A stretch of DNA of 64,000 nt, taken from positions 248,001 through 312,000 of the forward strand of contig NW_003314373.1 in NCBI RefSeq assembly GCF_000143415.4. The letters are read 5' to 3'. The notes under the pieces were generated by a model, which saw nothing but the letters and a program-made list of their open reading frames with translations, did no database searches and was not told where the DNA came from. Below, one piece after another: positions 1 to 12,482 of the stretch (within the stretch, counting starts at the first letter, position 1; each line of letters begins with the position of its first letter). The translations under genes and the position numbers were made by a program. This stretch comes from Selaginella moellendorffii (taxonomy: Eukaryota > Plantae > Lycopodiophyta).

Positions 1-888
1 GGTGTTGCCAATGGCAATCCGCAAGGACACGATTGTGGCAGCATCCATCTCAGGTTTGTTGGACTTGTTTTTTGTATAAAAAGATTTCTGGTTTCATGTC
101 TTTGTTTCCCCACCCACTTCCTACATAACTTTGTGTTTTAAGAGCCTTTCTAGCTTGTCGTTTAGTACACCTTACAGGTACAAAGGTGTTTTCAAGTATC
201 TTAAACCAGACTCGGGCCTCAATATCTTGATTGTTCCCATGGGTAAAGATTTCTCCCATTTTCGTTCAAGTATCTAGCCAAATTCCATATCTGGATTATC
301 GAGTTTGGTAGCATTAATTTGCTCCTCTGCACTTTCTACTGTGGCAGCACTTGATGCTTCGTTTACCAAGGTTACCACAATATTTTTTAACGTGTTTGTT
401 TGCTTGCGCTCAGGTTCAGGCCTTTCCAGCTCGTCTGCTGGTCAAGTCTACTTTAAACTGGGCCAGGTTTTACGACTGCAACTGATCTGGAACGGTAAGC
501 TTGTTTATTGTGAACTGAACGTCATGCTCAAGTATCTCGATTACAGGTGAAGATAGGCGATCAGAATATCGAAGATGCTAGCCTCGGTCTTTTATTTGGT
601 AGTACCGCAAAAAAAAGGTGAACTGTTCTCATACTAATCACTTATAGATTTCGCATCGTTACCTCAGATTGTTGCTGGCAAGAGCATTCCTCAAATCCGT
701 CCGTGCCAATCTTGTAAGGCTGTTGTTTTGTTCCCTTGAGCGTTTCACAACGCGTTTCTCATTATCAGGTTGTGATGAAGCAACGAGATCTTTAGACTCT
801 AAATTCTCTTATTCAGAAGAGTTTGGAGGCGCGGGACGAAAGCGATCTGGAGCAGATCAATAGTAGCTGTGCAAGGTTGGTAGCCATG
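1..888 (-). pseudogene. Possible decayed coding or TE-derived segment of unknown family
   Basis: One minus-strand frame reads as protein-like sequence broken by stops (e.g. ...NIVVTLVNEASSAATVESAEEQINATKLDNPDMEFG*ILERKWEKSLPMGTIKILRPESGLRYLKTPLYL*...). No motif recognised. Confidence 0.2.
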
Positions 889-924
889 AATTTTTTGAGC
901 GGGAGATGGAGCTGTTCGCCTAAC

Positions 925-1000
925 TAAGATGCTCTTTGAATATCCTTCTTTGACTAGTAGTCATAAGATGCTCTTTGAATATGCTTCTTTTGACTAGGAT
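925..1000 (+). repeat. Imperfect ~40-bp tandem duplication
   Basis: taagatgctctttgaatat(c/g)cttcttt(t)gactag occurs twice back to back. Confidence 0.85.
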
Positions 1001-2216
1001 TGACTACGAACGGAGCCATCTCCTCGATCTTCTCCAGTCATGCCGCTCCATCCCGGCGGCCCACGAAATTCGCAGCCAGATCCAATCCACGCTCGGGGCT
1101 GCCGATGTCTTCGTGCAAAACAAGCTGATCGAGCTCTATGGCCGCGTTGGAAGCCCCCTCGACGCGCAGGAGGTGTTCGATGCCATCGCCCATAATAACT
1201 CCCTCTCGTGGGTCATGCTGCTCAACGCTTACTGTCGCAACAGGCAGCTAGATCGAGCAAACCAGGTTTTTCGCGCGATGCCTCATAGAGATTTAATCTC
1301 GTGGACTTGTCTCCTTACTGCACTTTCCCAAAACGGGCATTTGATTAAAGCCCAACAAGTGTTTGATCAAATGCCTATAAGGGATTTGGTCTGCTGGAAC
1401 TCAATGCTCGTTGCGTACGGAAGAAGCGGAAGAATAGAAGAGGCCGTAAAGGTTTTCGAGGATATCCCCGAGAAAGATCTTATTACGTGGACTTCTGTAC
1501 TTACTGCTTATGCCCATTTTGGGCAGTTGGAAAAGTCACAGGATATCTTTGAGCGAATGCCGCAGAGAAATCTGTTCTCGTGGAATGCTATGTTAGCGCT
1601 CTATGGTGTTAAAGGTTTAATGGAGAAAGCAAATATATTGTTCCAGGTAATGCCCGAGTGGAATTCTGTCTCTTGGACGACGATGCTAGACGAATATTCG
1701 CAAAACGGGTATCTTGGAAGATCTAAACTCGTGTTTGATTCCATGCCAGAGCGGAATTTGATCTCATGGGGCTGCATGCTAGCTGCATATGCACATAACG
1801 GGCACTTAATGGACGCCAAGAGAGTATTTGACACCATGCCAGAGCACAACCTTGTCTGTTTTAATGCCATACTAACAGCATTTGCCCAAAATGGCCATCT
1901 TGCAAAAGCTAAGCATGTCTTTGATACAATGCCGGAGACAAATGTGGTAACGTGGAATGCGATGCTGACGGCATATTTGGACAATGGTCTAGTAGAACAA
2001 GCAAAAGTTATGTTTGATTTTATGCTGTATAGGAATCTCGTATCATGGACATGCATGCTGGCCATGCACTCTCAGTACGGGCAGGTAATGGAGGTTAGAC
2101 GGACATTTGACATGCTCCCTGAGAGAACCATCAACGTGACTGATGCTTTGCATTTCCTGGGTGGAAATTTTGCCATCAACAACGTTTTGTTGGTGCTGTT
2201 GCAATGGAAGGTCTAA
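981..2216 (+). pseudogene. PLS/SS-type PPR gene, 3'-truncated and fused to gypsy sequence at ~2151
   Basis: Tandem 31-aa repeats (FDxMPExNLVSWxxMLxAYAQNG) and no E domain. From 2151 the DNA matches the gag 3' end of the element at 42947-48146. Confidence 0.85.
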
Positions 2217-4304
2217 ATATCGAGATGTATCCGGGAAATGAGGAGTTGCACAAGTAATGGAGGGACCTTGCGCAAATAAGTCAATGACCCTTCCATATTT
2301 CTTTCGGGAGTATCATCAAGGGGTTTACTCGGCACTAATTCATCCAGTGTCTACTTTCCAAGCTTATTTTTACAACAAGAGGTCTCCTATTATTCTCTCC
2401 ATGTTGGTTGATACAGATTCGAGTTTATCTTCTATTGCTTGGCCTGTTGCCACACGTTGCTGTTTATACTTGCGTTGTGCAGTGGAGTCAGTTTTCATTC
2501 TTTATGGCAACAGTTATACACATGCATGTGCATAGGATGAGGTGGACTTAGTTGTGCATGTGGGTGATTTCGAGCTTGGGTTGTAGTCATTGTGGGTAGT
2601 GCTAAGTTAGGCTTTTGACCTCATCCTCTTTCCCTTGTCTCATACTTCCTTATATTTCATCCATTCCTCTCACTTCCGTACTTCTTCGTCCCTCTACTTT
2701 TACCTCTACTTCCATTACTTTTATTCCCCTACTATTTCCTCCTGTGTTTCCATCTTGTTCTGTTTTTCCCTTTTCCGATCCTTTCAACGATCTTTGTATT
2801 GCAGCAATTGACCAGCTTATGAAGGAGTATTTTGATCTCTTTGAGTTTGACCTATCGTATGGGGCTAAAATTGCCATACATCATCTGATTCTAACCTGGG
2901 ATGCTCGTCCAATCAATGTTCCTGTTCGTCATCGGTCACCCAAAGAGATCAAAATTTTACGTGCAAACATCAAGGAGATGTTGGAAAAGGGTGTTATTTG
3001 GAAGTCATAGAGTCCTTAGGCATATGAACGTCATCTTATGATGAAGCCTGATGGGAGTATTCATTTCTACATCGACTACAGTCCGTTAAATAAAGTGACA
3101 ATCCTAGATGTGTACCCTCTTCCTCACACTACTCATCTCTTGGATCATCTGGGGCGAAGTCGTTGGTTCACCAAGCTAGATCTTGCTTTTGGGTACTGGC
3201 AAGTACCGATAGCTCAAGCAACTTTCCAGCGGATGATATACAAGGTTCTTTGCGATATGCCAGAGGTGATTGCTGACTTTATTAATGATGTCTTGATCCA
3301 CTCATAGGGGTCGTGGAAAGAGCATGTTTATGATGTTTGTAAAGTGTTAGATCGGTTACAAGACGTTGGTTTAAAGCTGAAGCGGTCAAAGTGCATATTT
3401 GGGTCCAAGGACACAACTTATTTTGGATACTGTATTTCTCGTGAGGGTTTGCAAATTGATCCTGACAAACTTGTGGTTGTTCTAAAGTTCCTTCCTTCAA
3501 AATGTGTGAATGATGTGCAACGTTTCCTAGGCAAGGTGTAGTACCTTGGTTGCTTTGTGGATCATCTTTTTGATCGCATTGCACCGTTGAGAGCGTTGCT
3601 GAAGTCATCAACGTCATCTTTCATTGGGTCTTCGGATTGTGTGGTCAGTGCCATCCCATTGCATATATAAGTCATACATTACAACCAATGGAGGTGAAAT
3701 ACTTCACGACAAAGAAGGAGTGTTTAGCAGTAGTCTGGGGTTTTGAGAAACTTCATGCATATCTACATGGTTCTCAAACGTTACTTGAAGGTGATCATGC
3801 TGCCGTTACTTCATTATTGAAGCGAAAGAACCTAGTTGGCCGTACTGTTTGGTGGGCTTTGAAGCTTCAGATATATGATTTTGATGTTGTTCATCGCCCA
3901 GGGAGTTCTATAACTGATTCTAATGCCCTTTCTCGAGCTCCTCTTCCTTCTCCACTATTTTCTCATGTTTTTGATGAGCTTGTTGTTCCGCCATCTGTGG
4001 ATTTTCTAGACGGAGATTTTGTGCCATTGGCGGTTGTTGTACTTGACATTCAGTGTCTACAAGGTGCAAAAGAAGATCTATCTTCTCTTGATGAGGTTCG
4101 CGAGGCTCAAAAGATTGAGCCATGGATTTGAAGACTTCGAAATGAGTTTGAGAATCCTGCATCACTTGCTAATGACTTGCCATTCTGGCATTTACATTCT
4201 CAATATCGCCTTGAAGACGGCCTTCTTTATTTTGTGGGGACGGATCCTGATGATCCTTTATGGCTAGTGGTGCCTTCCATTTTTATTCCACGGTTTCTCT
4301 ATGC

Positions 4305-6063
4305 TGTGAAACACAAAATCCCTAGGCCCCAAAGTGGAGCCGGAAGGGTGCCACGTGGTAGTGGCTAAAGCAAAAGCCAAACAAGTGTAACACGTTTGGG
4401 CCAAAAGCTCCGACTTGAAAGATCGAGAGCGGGAGTGGAACTCCTAACGAAGTGCTCGAGGAATGAGCACAAAGCGAGCAATAAGCGAGGCTCCAAAAAG
4501 GGACCCAAAAGGACCAACACATGACACGTGGAAGAGTCCGAGATGGAGTCCGAGGTGGAGTCCGAGATGGACCCGAGGTGGAGTCCGAGGTGGAGTCCGA
4601 GATGGACCCGAGATGGAGTCCGAGATGGAGTCCGAGATGGACCCGAGATGGACCCGAGTTGGAGTCCGAGATGGAGTCCGAGATGGACCCGAGATGGAGT
4701 CCGAGATGGAGTCCGAGGTGGAGTCCGAGATGGACCCGAGGTGGAGTCCGAGATGGACCCGAGATGGAGTCCGAGATGGACCCGAGGTGGAGTCCGAGAT
4801 GGACCCGAGATGGAGTCCGAGATGGACCCGAGGTGGAGTCCGAGATGGACCCGAGATGGAGTCCGAGATGGACCCGAGATGGAGTCCGAGATGGAGTCCG
4901 AGATAGACCCGAGATGGAGTCCGAAGTCGAGACCGAGACCGGGACCGAGACCGGGACCGAGACCGAGACCGAGATCAGGACCGAGACCGAGACCAAGGCC
5001 AAGGCCGAGACCGAGCCAGAGCCCGAGTCCGAGTCTGAGTCCGAATCCGAGTCCGAGTCCGAGTCTGAGAGGGTGAAAGCCCAAAGCGTTCGTCTCCCAG
5101 ACCCTGGGGGGTTTGGTGAGCTCCAAAAGTATAGTAGGGGGAGGACTGTTGTGGAGCCAGTTTGGCTAGGAAAGGCCAGTTTGGCCCAGGAAGGCCGGAC
5201 CCAGTGTTGGGTGACGAGCTGCCCACTGGTAAGTCCAAGACTAGAGTGAACATGGACCGACAAGTGGGGTAGCTTGGTGAAGTGTTCAAGAGCCGGCTCT
5301 AGTTCCCCCGGGAGATCGACTAGCCGATGCTCCCAGTCCAAGTGTGGGTGGCACTACCTACTTGGATACCTGTCGTGGCTCAACGGAGCCTCGCTCTAAG
5401 CCCATGGCTAGAGCACCTAAAGGCGAAAGGCGGGGAGAGTACCCCCGAGGCTCACGTAAGGCCATGGTGTTCCGAAATGTTGTCCCGAAGGCCCAGACTG
5501 TGGAAAGGCAGAGGAGCAGTCCTCTGGTGTAGTGACTAAGGATACAGTCGTGTGGTGAGGAAGTCCCAGAGGACCGTGGGACTTAGTGGTCGGGCCTGTG
5601 AGCCTTGATCCAGTGGCAGCGTTGGCAAACACGGCCATGGCCAGAAAGGGACTTGGCGAAGACCGGAAAAGGGATATTGGGGAAGGCTATTCCCCATGTC
5701 TGTGGGCATCTTAAGGATGCTAAGGAGGGGATCTGGAATGATCACTCATGGACGAATGGCCCAGTCCTTGAGAGAGGGGACTGTGATGCAGGTGGTGTTA
5801 GACCACCAGTGTGACCAAGGTAAAGGGGCATGGCCTTAGCGTAACGGGCGGATATGTCGGTGGTACCTTGGGGTGTCGGTCATGGGATCGGACACGTGGA
5901 ACACTTGGATCAAGTGCAAAGGTTGAGTGGCGGGGATGCCATTCTTGGGGCTAACCAGCCCAAGTCTGAAATAGGACTTACGGAGGTTGTGAGTGAGACT
6001 CCTCCGAGTGGTTGGAGGTGTGGTTAAGTGACTAAAGTAGAATGGAAAATTTAGTCGCTTACA
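4305..6063. mobile_element. Nested 1759-bp solo-LTR-like insertion
   Basis: Begins TGTGAA and ends CTTACA. Flanked by TATGC (4300-4304) and CATGC (6064-6068). Removing it restores the host integrase sequence seen in the other copy. Confidence 0.85.
4534..5068 (+). repeat. G-rich minisatellite (GAGATGGAGTCC / GAGATGGACCC / GAGGTGGAGTCC, grading into GAGACC and GAGTCC hexamers)
   Basis: Directly visible tandem array inside the nested insertion. Confidence 0.97.
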
Positions 6064-7235
6064 CATGCCTACCATGATTCTCCTATTCTAGCCAGGCATA
6101 TGAGATATCGTCATGTGACCGAGAAGCTGCACAAGTCTTTCTATTGGCCGAAGATGTGATGTGATGTTATCCGGTATGTGCGTAACTATGTTTGGTGCTA
6201 AGCTCATAATACTCCCCCTTATGCTGTAGAAGGATGGTTAGAGTCAATTGCAATTTCCCGTTCATTTGAGTTAATGGCTTTTGATTTTATGGGACCTTTT
6301 CCATGATCGACTACTGGCAATGAATATGTTATTATTGCTTCTGACTATTTGACTCATTGTGTGGAAATTGGTGCTCTTGCTATTGCCTCTGCAACTGTTG
6401 TGGATACTTCCTTCTCAATCGAGTGGTGTTTTAGCATTCTTGTCTAGAGTAGATCTTTCGGATAATGGTCCCGCATTTATGGCTGAGGCATTTTATGTTT
6501 TGACATCTCGATTGGGGATATGCCACACTTTCACAAGTGTTTATCATCCACAATCAAACAGTTTGGTGGAATGGCTCGTTTAGACATTCAAAGGAATGAT
6601 CACGAAGTACGTGAACTTTCAGCATTCGAATTGGGATGGTTATTGGTCATTTTTTCAGTATGCATATGTCACAGGGGTGTAAAGTTTTGTTATGCTTCAC
6701 CATATAAATTTCTATATGGTCATAATCCAATATTACCAATGGAGCTGGGTTTACCTTCACAATTGCCACGAGTTGCCGATGCTAAGTCATGGGATTAGTA
6801 TTTGACGAGCATTTTTCCACTTGTCCAAGCAGAGTCTGCCGAACACTTAGGCCACGTACAAGTGAGACAACAATGGCACTACAACTCTTATCATCGTCCA
6901 CCTACGGAGTACAAAGTGGATGACTTAGTGTTAGTCCGTTTTCCCCATCTTATAGTATGTGGTTTATCTAAGAGGTTTCTTGGTCAGTGGAAAGGACCAT
7001 ATCAAGTGTTGTGGCAAGTTGGACTGCAAGTTTATGAGGTTTGATATGACGTCCAACAAGTCGATCCTCCAAAAATTATACATGTGCAACAGTTGAAATG
7101 CTTTATACAAAGGGATTAGGAACAATTGGTACCACCTACAAATCTGCCAATGCTTCCTCCTGAAGTTCCTTCAGATCCCAGCCTATCTAAAAGAGAACCT
7201 TGATGGTCTTCTATTATTCCGAGAGGAGGGGATGA

Positions 7236-7411
7236 TGTGAGGTCCAAATGTACAATTATAATGCCATATACTAATATTAGCATAGTGGGGTTTTAGTAGC
7301 CGTCGGATTGGTTTCAATCTGGATTACTCGCTCCTGTATATAAGCTAGGGTTTTTGGGCTAATTGATATGCATATTTTCTATATTTCCTTTCCATATTCT
7401 ATGCACTCACA
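7236..7411 (+). repeat. 3' LTR of the decayed gypsy copy
   Basis: TGTGAG...CTCACA termini; diverged reverse complement of the LTRs at 42947-43120 and 47973-48146. Confidence 0.92.
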
Positions 7412-7703
7412 ACTATATTTTTTATTTTTTATAATATATTTGTAGATTGTAAGTGAATGATATTTCAAATTTTATGAAAATTACTTATTTTGTAGTTTAG
7501 AATGAATGTATATATTACACATTTTACATAGTTTGGAAAATGTAATTTAATTACACAATTATTTTTTGTAATCCAAAATTTTAAAAAAGGGATGGTAAAT
7601 TTATGGTTGCATTAAATTCAATCATTTTATTTTTTCTTACAAGTAAAGCTGATCCTTTTAATAAAATATTGGTAAACGAGGGGTTTACCAGTTGAGTTTC
7701 AAG

Positions 7704-8851
7704 TTAGCACTGATCATCTCTCACCAAGTCAAGTCGGTAGAGAAACGGGACAAGCACGAGACAGGCCACCACAACAGGGATGGGACCAAACAGCCACAGC
7801 AGCAGCGGGAACGCAAAGTAGTACCCCCTGGTCCCGACCGTGTAAAAGTTTGATCCCCGCGCAAGCACTGCGGCAACGTAGTCAGGAGTGATCTTGGAGT
7901 CGCCTGTCACAGGAGTGTTGATGAGGAAACCGACATGATTCGTGAAGCGGACGGACTGCATGTAGCAAATGAAGGAGAAGAGGAAGCACGCAAGCAGCGC
8001 GACGAACTTGGTGGCGATGGTGATGTCGTCGTGAGCTCCCAGGACGGTGACGGTGCTTGAGAATCCATGGAGTGGCCGCTTGACGCTGTAGCTGCTGCTG
8101 AGGAATGCGGCGAGGCCGGAGCTGAGGAGGATGGCGGTGGAGGCCATGAGGGTCGAGGCCATGATGGAGTTCCGGAGAGTTTGGACAGCCAGGATGTTCT
8201 TCTTGTCATTGTCCTGCACACACACACACACGTTTCACGAATCTTTGTGATCTTATACCAAGCACGGGTTTTCTTTTTCCCGAAAGTCAAAAGCGGAAAA
8301 CAAGGTGGAACTACTGCTAGAGAAAAGTTTCACGAGGATTGCTCCCTACTACAAAGCAATATACCATTTTGATACTTCCATCCCATTGACCAAAGTCTTT
8401 TGGGCAGGACGAGTCCAAATACCTCACACCACACACCGCAGAAATGCCGTGGAAATGCCAAGCACAACTGGGAAATGAAATGATTCAATCCAGGATCCAA
8501 GCACGAAGCCTTGCATTGGGAAAAGAGATCTCATTTCCTTCCCAAAGCACATCCAGAAACGAAAACACGCACGCCACCGACACACAAGAAAACACAAGAG
8601 AGAATGCGAAAAAGAGCGTGAGAGAGAGCGGGAGAAGAAAGGAGGGGATTGGAATTTTAGGGCAAGAGGAGGAGTACCTTCATGATGCTGTGAACCCAGG
8701 CCGTTCTTCCCAAGTGATTGACCCCCACCACCGTTTTGAGTGGATGCCTCCTCACCTTGTAGAAATAAAAGACATGGTAAGCCAACAACAGAAGCAATCC
8801 CGCAGGAACCAGCAGCACATCAAAATATAACTGCTTCCACGCCGCCGCCAT
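7704..8851 (-). CDS. DUF599 family membrane protein (exons 8851-8678 and 8213-7704)
   Basis: LAVQTLRNSIMASTLMAS and RGYYFAFPLLLWLFGP motifs. A GT-AG intron joins SIMK to DNDKK in frame. Confidence 0.9.
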
Positions 8852-9220
8852 TCGATAAATATCCCGAGCGCAAGATAGAAATGAGTGTTCTTCTAAACCT
8901 ACAATAACGAAATGGAAAGTAATGTTTATTCAAATATAAAACAGAATAAAATCAGAGCCGACATTATCGACGCGTAGCACGATGGTTTTGCTGGCCTTGA
9001 GAAAATGCCGTGTCAACCAACAACATATGCGCATTGCGCATCGAATCTGGCTTCGTTTAATAAAGTCTTGTTTTGTTTCATGGGGGTCCGACCACAGTCC
9101 ACTGAGTGGCTCACTTTTGGAGGCTTTGAAAACGTTTGATCAGCACACCCTTGTGTGTTGGTGTTCGAAGGGAAAAGTGGCTTGTCCTTTCGCCAAAATC
9201 CAACTTTCCAAGCGCAGATC

Positions 9221-9952
9221 ATGATCAAAGACTGGGATCTCTGGCTGGTTCCACTTGGATTCGCGACCCTCGCGACGTATCATGGCTACTTTCTGTATAT
9301 CTACAAGACGCAGCCGCTCCTCACGGTGATCGGGGCCAACCATGTCGGGCGACGAGCGTGGGTTCGATCGATGATGGCGGTAAGCAGCTCTCGAGTTCTA
9401 GCAAGTTTCTTTTAAGAGCACATCACATTTACCACTTCATGGAAACGCCAGGATGTTGAGAAGAAGGGTGTCCTTGCGGTGCAAAGCTTGCGAAACTCGA
9501 TGATGGGATCCATCCTGTGGGCGTCGGTGGCGATACTCCTGTGCTCCGGATCGGTGGCCTTCATCAACACGTCGTATAGCTACGGCATCAGAAAGCCCGT
9601 GTTCGAGAGCTTCGGTGGCGGCAAGACCAAGCAGGATGAGACGACCATGTCGATCAAGGTGACTTTGCTTCTGGGATGTTTCATGGTTTGCTTCTTTTGC
9701 TGCATGCAATCGGTGAGGTTCTTAAACCAGGTCAGTTTCTTCATCAACACGCCCGGGGAAGAGATCCTCTCCAAGTTTGTCACGCCGGAATACGTCGCAA
9801 GTCTGTTCGAAAAGGCTTGCAACTTCCAGGCAGCCGGATCGAGGAGCTTTTATTTTACGATCCCACTAATTTTGTGGATCCTGGGCCCGGTTCCTCTCGC
9901 CATGGCGTGCTTCGTCATTATCCCTTTCCTGTACCACCTTGACATGAAGTAA
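9221..9952 (+). CDS. DUF599 family membrane protein (exons 9221-9379 and 9452-9952)
   Basis: LAVQSLRNSMMGS and RSFYFTIPLILWILGP motifs; same intron position as the divergent paralog. Confidence 0.9.
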
Positions 9953-10034
9953 AAGAAATCTATTACCCGCACTTAGCAAATGTTCCTCTGAGTCAAACAG
10001 AGAATGTGTTTGCCAAAACGTAATCTTTCTTGGC

Positions 10035-10545
10035 CAGTCTAGAGCTGAACCGGGGCCAAACACCCACAACAAAAGTGGGAAGGCAAAGTAGTATCCCCTG
10101 TTTTTTGTGGTGAAGAAGTTCGATCTTGGGGCAAGGACGCCAGCAACGTAGTCCGGAGTGATCCTCGATCGAACGTTGATGAGAAAGCCGACATGGTTGA
10201 CGAACCGGACTGTGGAGAATCGATAATGGCCTCTACTCGGATGGCCTCCACAGCCATCCTCCTCGCCGCCTTCCTCGCCCGAGGTTGCAATCCTGGGAGC
10301 TCGCGATGACATCACAATCACCACCAAGTTCATTGTCCTCCTTTCATGCTTCTTGTTATCGTTCCTTTGCTACGTGCAAACCATCCGCTTTTTATTGTCC
10401 TGAATTCTACCATCCAAAAGGCTAAAGAAATGGTGAAAGAACTTAGTCTACCTTCACGATGCTGTGCACCTATTTCATACCCACCACTGTTCTAAGTGGA
10501 TGTACCATGCGCTTTTTCTCCACAATCCCGCAGGAACCAGCATCT
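10035..10545 (-). pseudogene. DUF599 pseudogene with internal inversion
   Basis: The minus-strand flanks match the 7704-8851 gene (VHSIVK/gt, DNKK, RFVNHVGFLIN, RGYYFAFPLLLW). The middle (~10213-10383: SIMAST...DDITITTKF...CYVQ) lies on the plus strand. Confidence 0.85.
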
Positions 10546-10756
10546 CTTTCAAAACAAAACGAGGAAATGCTCGTAAAAGGAATCTCCTCTGACTGTCTTG
10601 TCCTGGACTCATAGCTCTGTGACTTGGATGACTTTGGAACATGGTGGCGTGTTGAGTCACTCCTGGACGTCCACGCTTAACGCTTTCGAACCTTTGTCGG
10701 ACGTGCAAGATGGTTGATGGAGTTTCTACGTCAGTCGTTCCAGTAGTTTCGATTTC

Positions 10757-12370
10757 CTAGCTTGCAAGCTCGAGGAGCAGCCTTCTTTTCACCTGGTTGC
10801 TGCGTTTGTTCACCAAGAACATGTTTGACAACAGGATGTAGGACGCCGAGTGCTCGGGCTCGATTTGCATCACTTGCTTGCTCGCCTTGGCAGCTCTCTC
10901 GTCGTCTCTGTAGCTCCTACACCCGCTCAGCAAGGATCTCCAGTCCAGTCCACCGGGAACGAACGGCATTGTCCAGATGAGTTCCTCGGCATCCTCGAGC
11001 TTCCCGGATCTTGACAGCAAGTCCACCATTCCACTGTAGTGGTGCCGCACAGGCTTTATCCCAAAGTCCATGCTCATTGACACGAAGATCGACCACCCGG
11101 ATTGAACGTCACCGGCATGGCTACACGCGAGGAAAACGCAGATAAACGAGACCTCGTCTGGTCTCGCGAGGAGCTTCATGGTTCCAAACAAGAGCATTGC
11201 CAAGCTCGACTCTCCCTTGTGGGAGTAAGCCGCGAGCATTGAGTTCCACAGCACGACGTTTCTCTCGGGCATTGCATCAAACACCTTCTTTCCTTGTTCG
11301 TGGTGTCCATTGTCGACATAGGCCGTGAGCATTGTACTCCACGCGACCAAGTCTCTCTCTTGCATCCAGCCGTAGAAGAGATGCTTGGCTTCGTCAAGGT
11401 AGCCTTGGAGCGAGTATGCCGAGATCATGACTGTCCAGGAGATTAAGTCCCGATCGACCATTGTGTCAAAGAGGTGTTTCGTAAACTCGAGATGTCCTTT
11501 CTGAGCATACCCGTAAAGCATCACGTTGTAGGAGCTCATGTTCCGCTCCGGCATCTGATCCAGCAACAGTTTGGCCTCCTCCATATGTCCTCTTTGCGAA
11601 TACGCTGCTAGAATTGCGTTCCACGACACCAAGTTTTTCTCCATCATGTTGTCAAACACCTCCTTTGCCTGATCGAGAAGCCCGTTTTGGGCATATGCAG
11701 TAAGCATGGCAGTCCACGAAACGAGATCACACTCCGGCATCGAATCAAACACGGACTTTGCTTGATCGATCTGAAGACTGTGTGAGTAGGCACACAGCAT
11801 TGCATTAAGCGATGCTAAATCGTGCTCCCGCATCTCGTTGAAGACTTTCTCTGCAAATTCCAAATACCCGTCTTGGGCATATGTTGAGAGCATCGCAGTC
11901 CATGAGACAAGATCTCTTTCAGGCATCGCATCAAAGATACTCTTAGATTCCTCGAGAAAACCATTCCAGGTGTAGCACGTAAGCATAGCAGTCCACGAAA
12001 CGAGATCTCGTTCCGGCATAAGATCAAACACGCGCTTGGTTTTCTCGAGAAGCCCTCTCTGGGCATATGCCGAGAGAAGCGTGTTCCACGAGACGAGATC
12101 CTTGTCTCGCATCCTCTCGAAGAGATCCGAGGCGTCGCGGAGGAGCCCATTTCGGGTGTAAGCTGCGAGCATGAGATTCCAGGAGAACTTGTCCTTGGGA
12201 TAGGTGCGGTCGAAGACGAGGCGCGCATTCTCGGCACTCCCGTGCTTCCCATACATTTGGATGAGAATGTTGGACAGGAAGACATCGGTGGCGAGACGAG
12301 ATTCAAGGCGAGAGTGAGCCTCTTGGAGCATTGGCAAGTTCTTGGCGGATTTGAGAAGCTCGATGCCCAT
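10757..12370 (-). CDS. PLS/SS-type PPR protein, E subclass
   Basis: Tandem 31-aa repeats, then HYSGMVDLLSRSG and E-domain WRSLLSGC...ASYILLSNMF. First ATG at 12370. Confidence 0.92.
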   Translation of the reverse strand: MGIELLKSAKNLPMLQEAHSRLESRLATDVFLSNILIQMYGKHGSAENARLVFDRTYPKDKFSWNLMLAAYTRNGLLRDASDLFERMRDKDLVSWNTLLSAYAQRGLLEKTKRVFDLMPERDLVSWTAMLTCYTWNGFLEESKSIFDAMPERDLVSWTAMLSTYAQDGYLEFAEKVFNEMREHDLASLNAMLCAYSHSLQIDQAKSVFDSMPECDLVSWTAMLTAYAQNGLLDQAKEVFDNMMEKNLVSWNAILAAYSQRGHMEEAKLLLDQMPERNMSSYNVMLYGYAQKGHLEFTKHLFDTMVDRDLISWTVMISAYSLQGYLDEAKHLFYGWMQERDLVAWSTMLTAYVDNGHHEQGKKVFDAMPERNVVLWNSMLAAYSHKGESSLAMLLFGTMKLLARPDEVSFICVFLACSHAGDVQSGWSIFVSMSMDFGIKPVRHHYSGMVDLLSRSGKLEDAEELIWTMPFVPGGLDWRSLLSGCRSYRDDERAAKASKQVMQIEPEHSASYILLSNMFLVNKRSNQVKRRLLLELAS

Positions 12371-12482
12371 TCTAGAGGAAGCATTCGAATGTATCAAGGG
12401 GGACTTCAGCTCAAAGTCAATGGTAGTCAATGGAGTCTAACATGGTCTTTGCATTGTGTTGACTTTCGTTAACTTTTTGCTC

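Larger units (their letters stand above)
2151..7411 (+). mobile_element. Decayed, 5'-truncated Ty3/gypsy LTR retrotransposon (same family as 42947-48146)
   Basis: Fragmented PR (LVDTDSS), RT (YPLP, KLDLAFGYWQ), RNase H (KKECLAVVW) and integrase (SDNGPAF, YHPQSN, WKGPY). PPT gagaggagggga, then a 3' LTR. Many stops and deletions. Confidence 0.95.

Noticed and set aside
4534-5068. CRISPR-like appearance
   Set aside because: Contiguous units with no unique spacers, no cas genes, eukaryotic context.
4322-5341. Long ORFs on both strands (SDSDS, LGLHLG, SPRW repeats)
   Set aside because: By-products of a nearly stop-free minisatellite.
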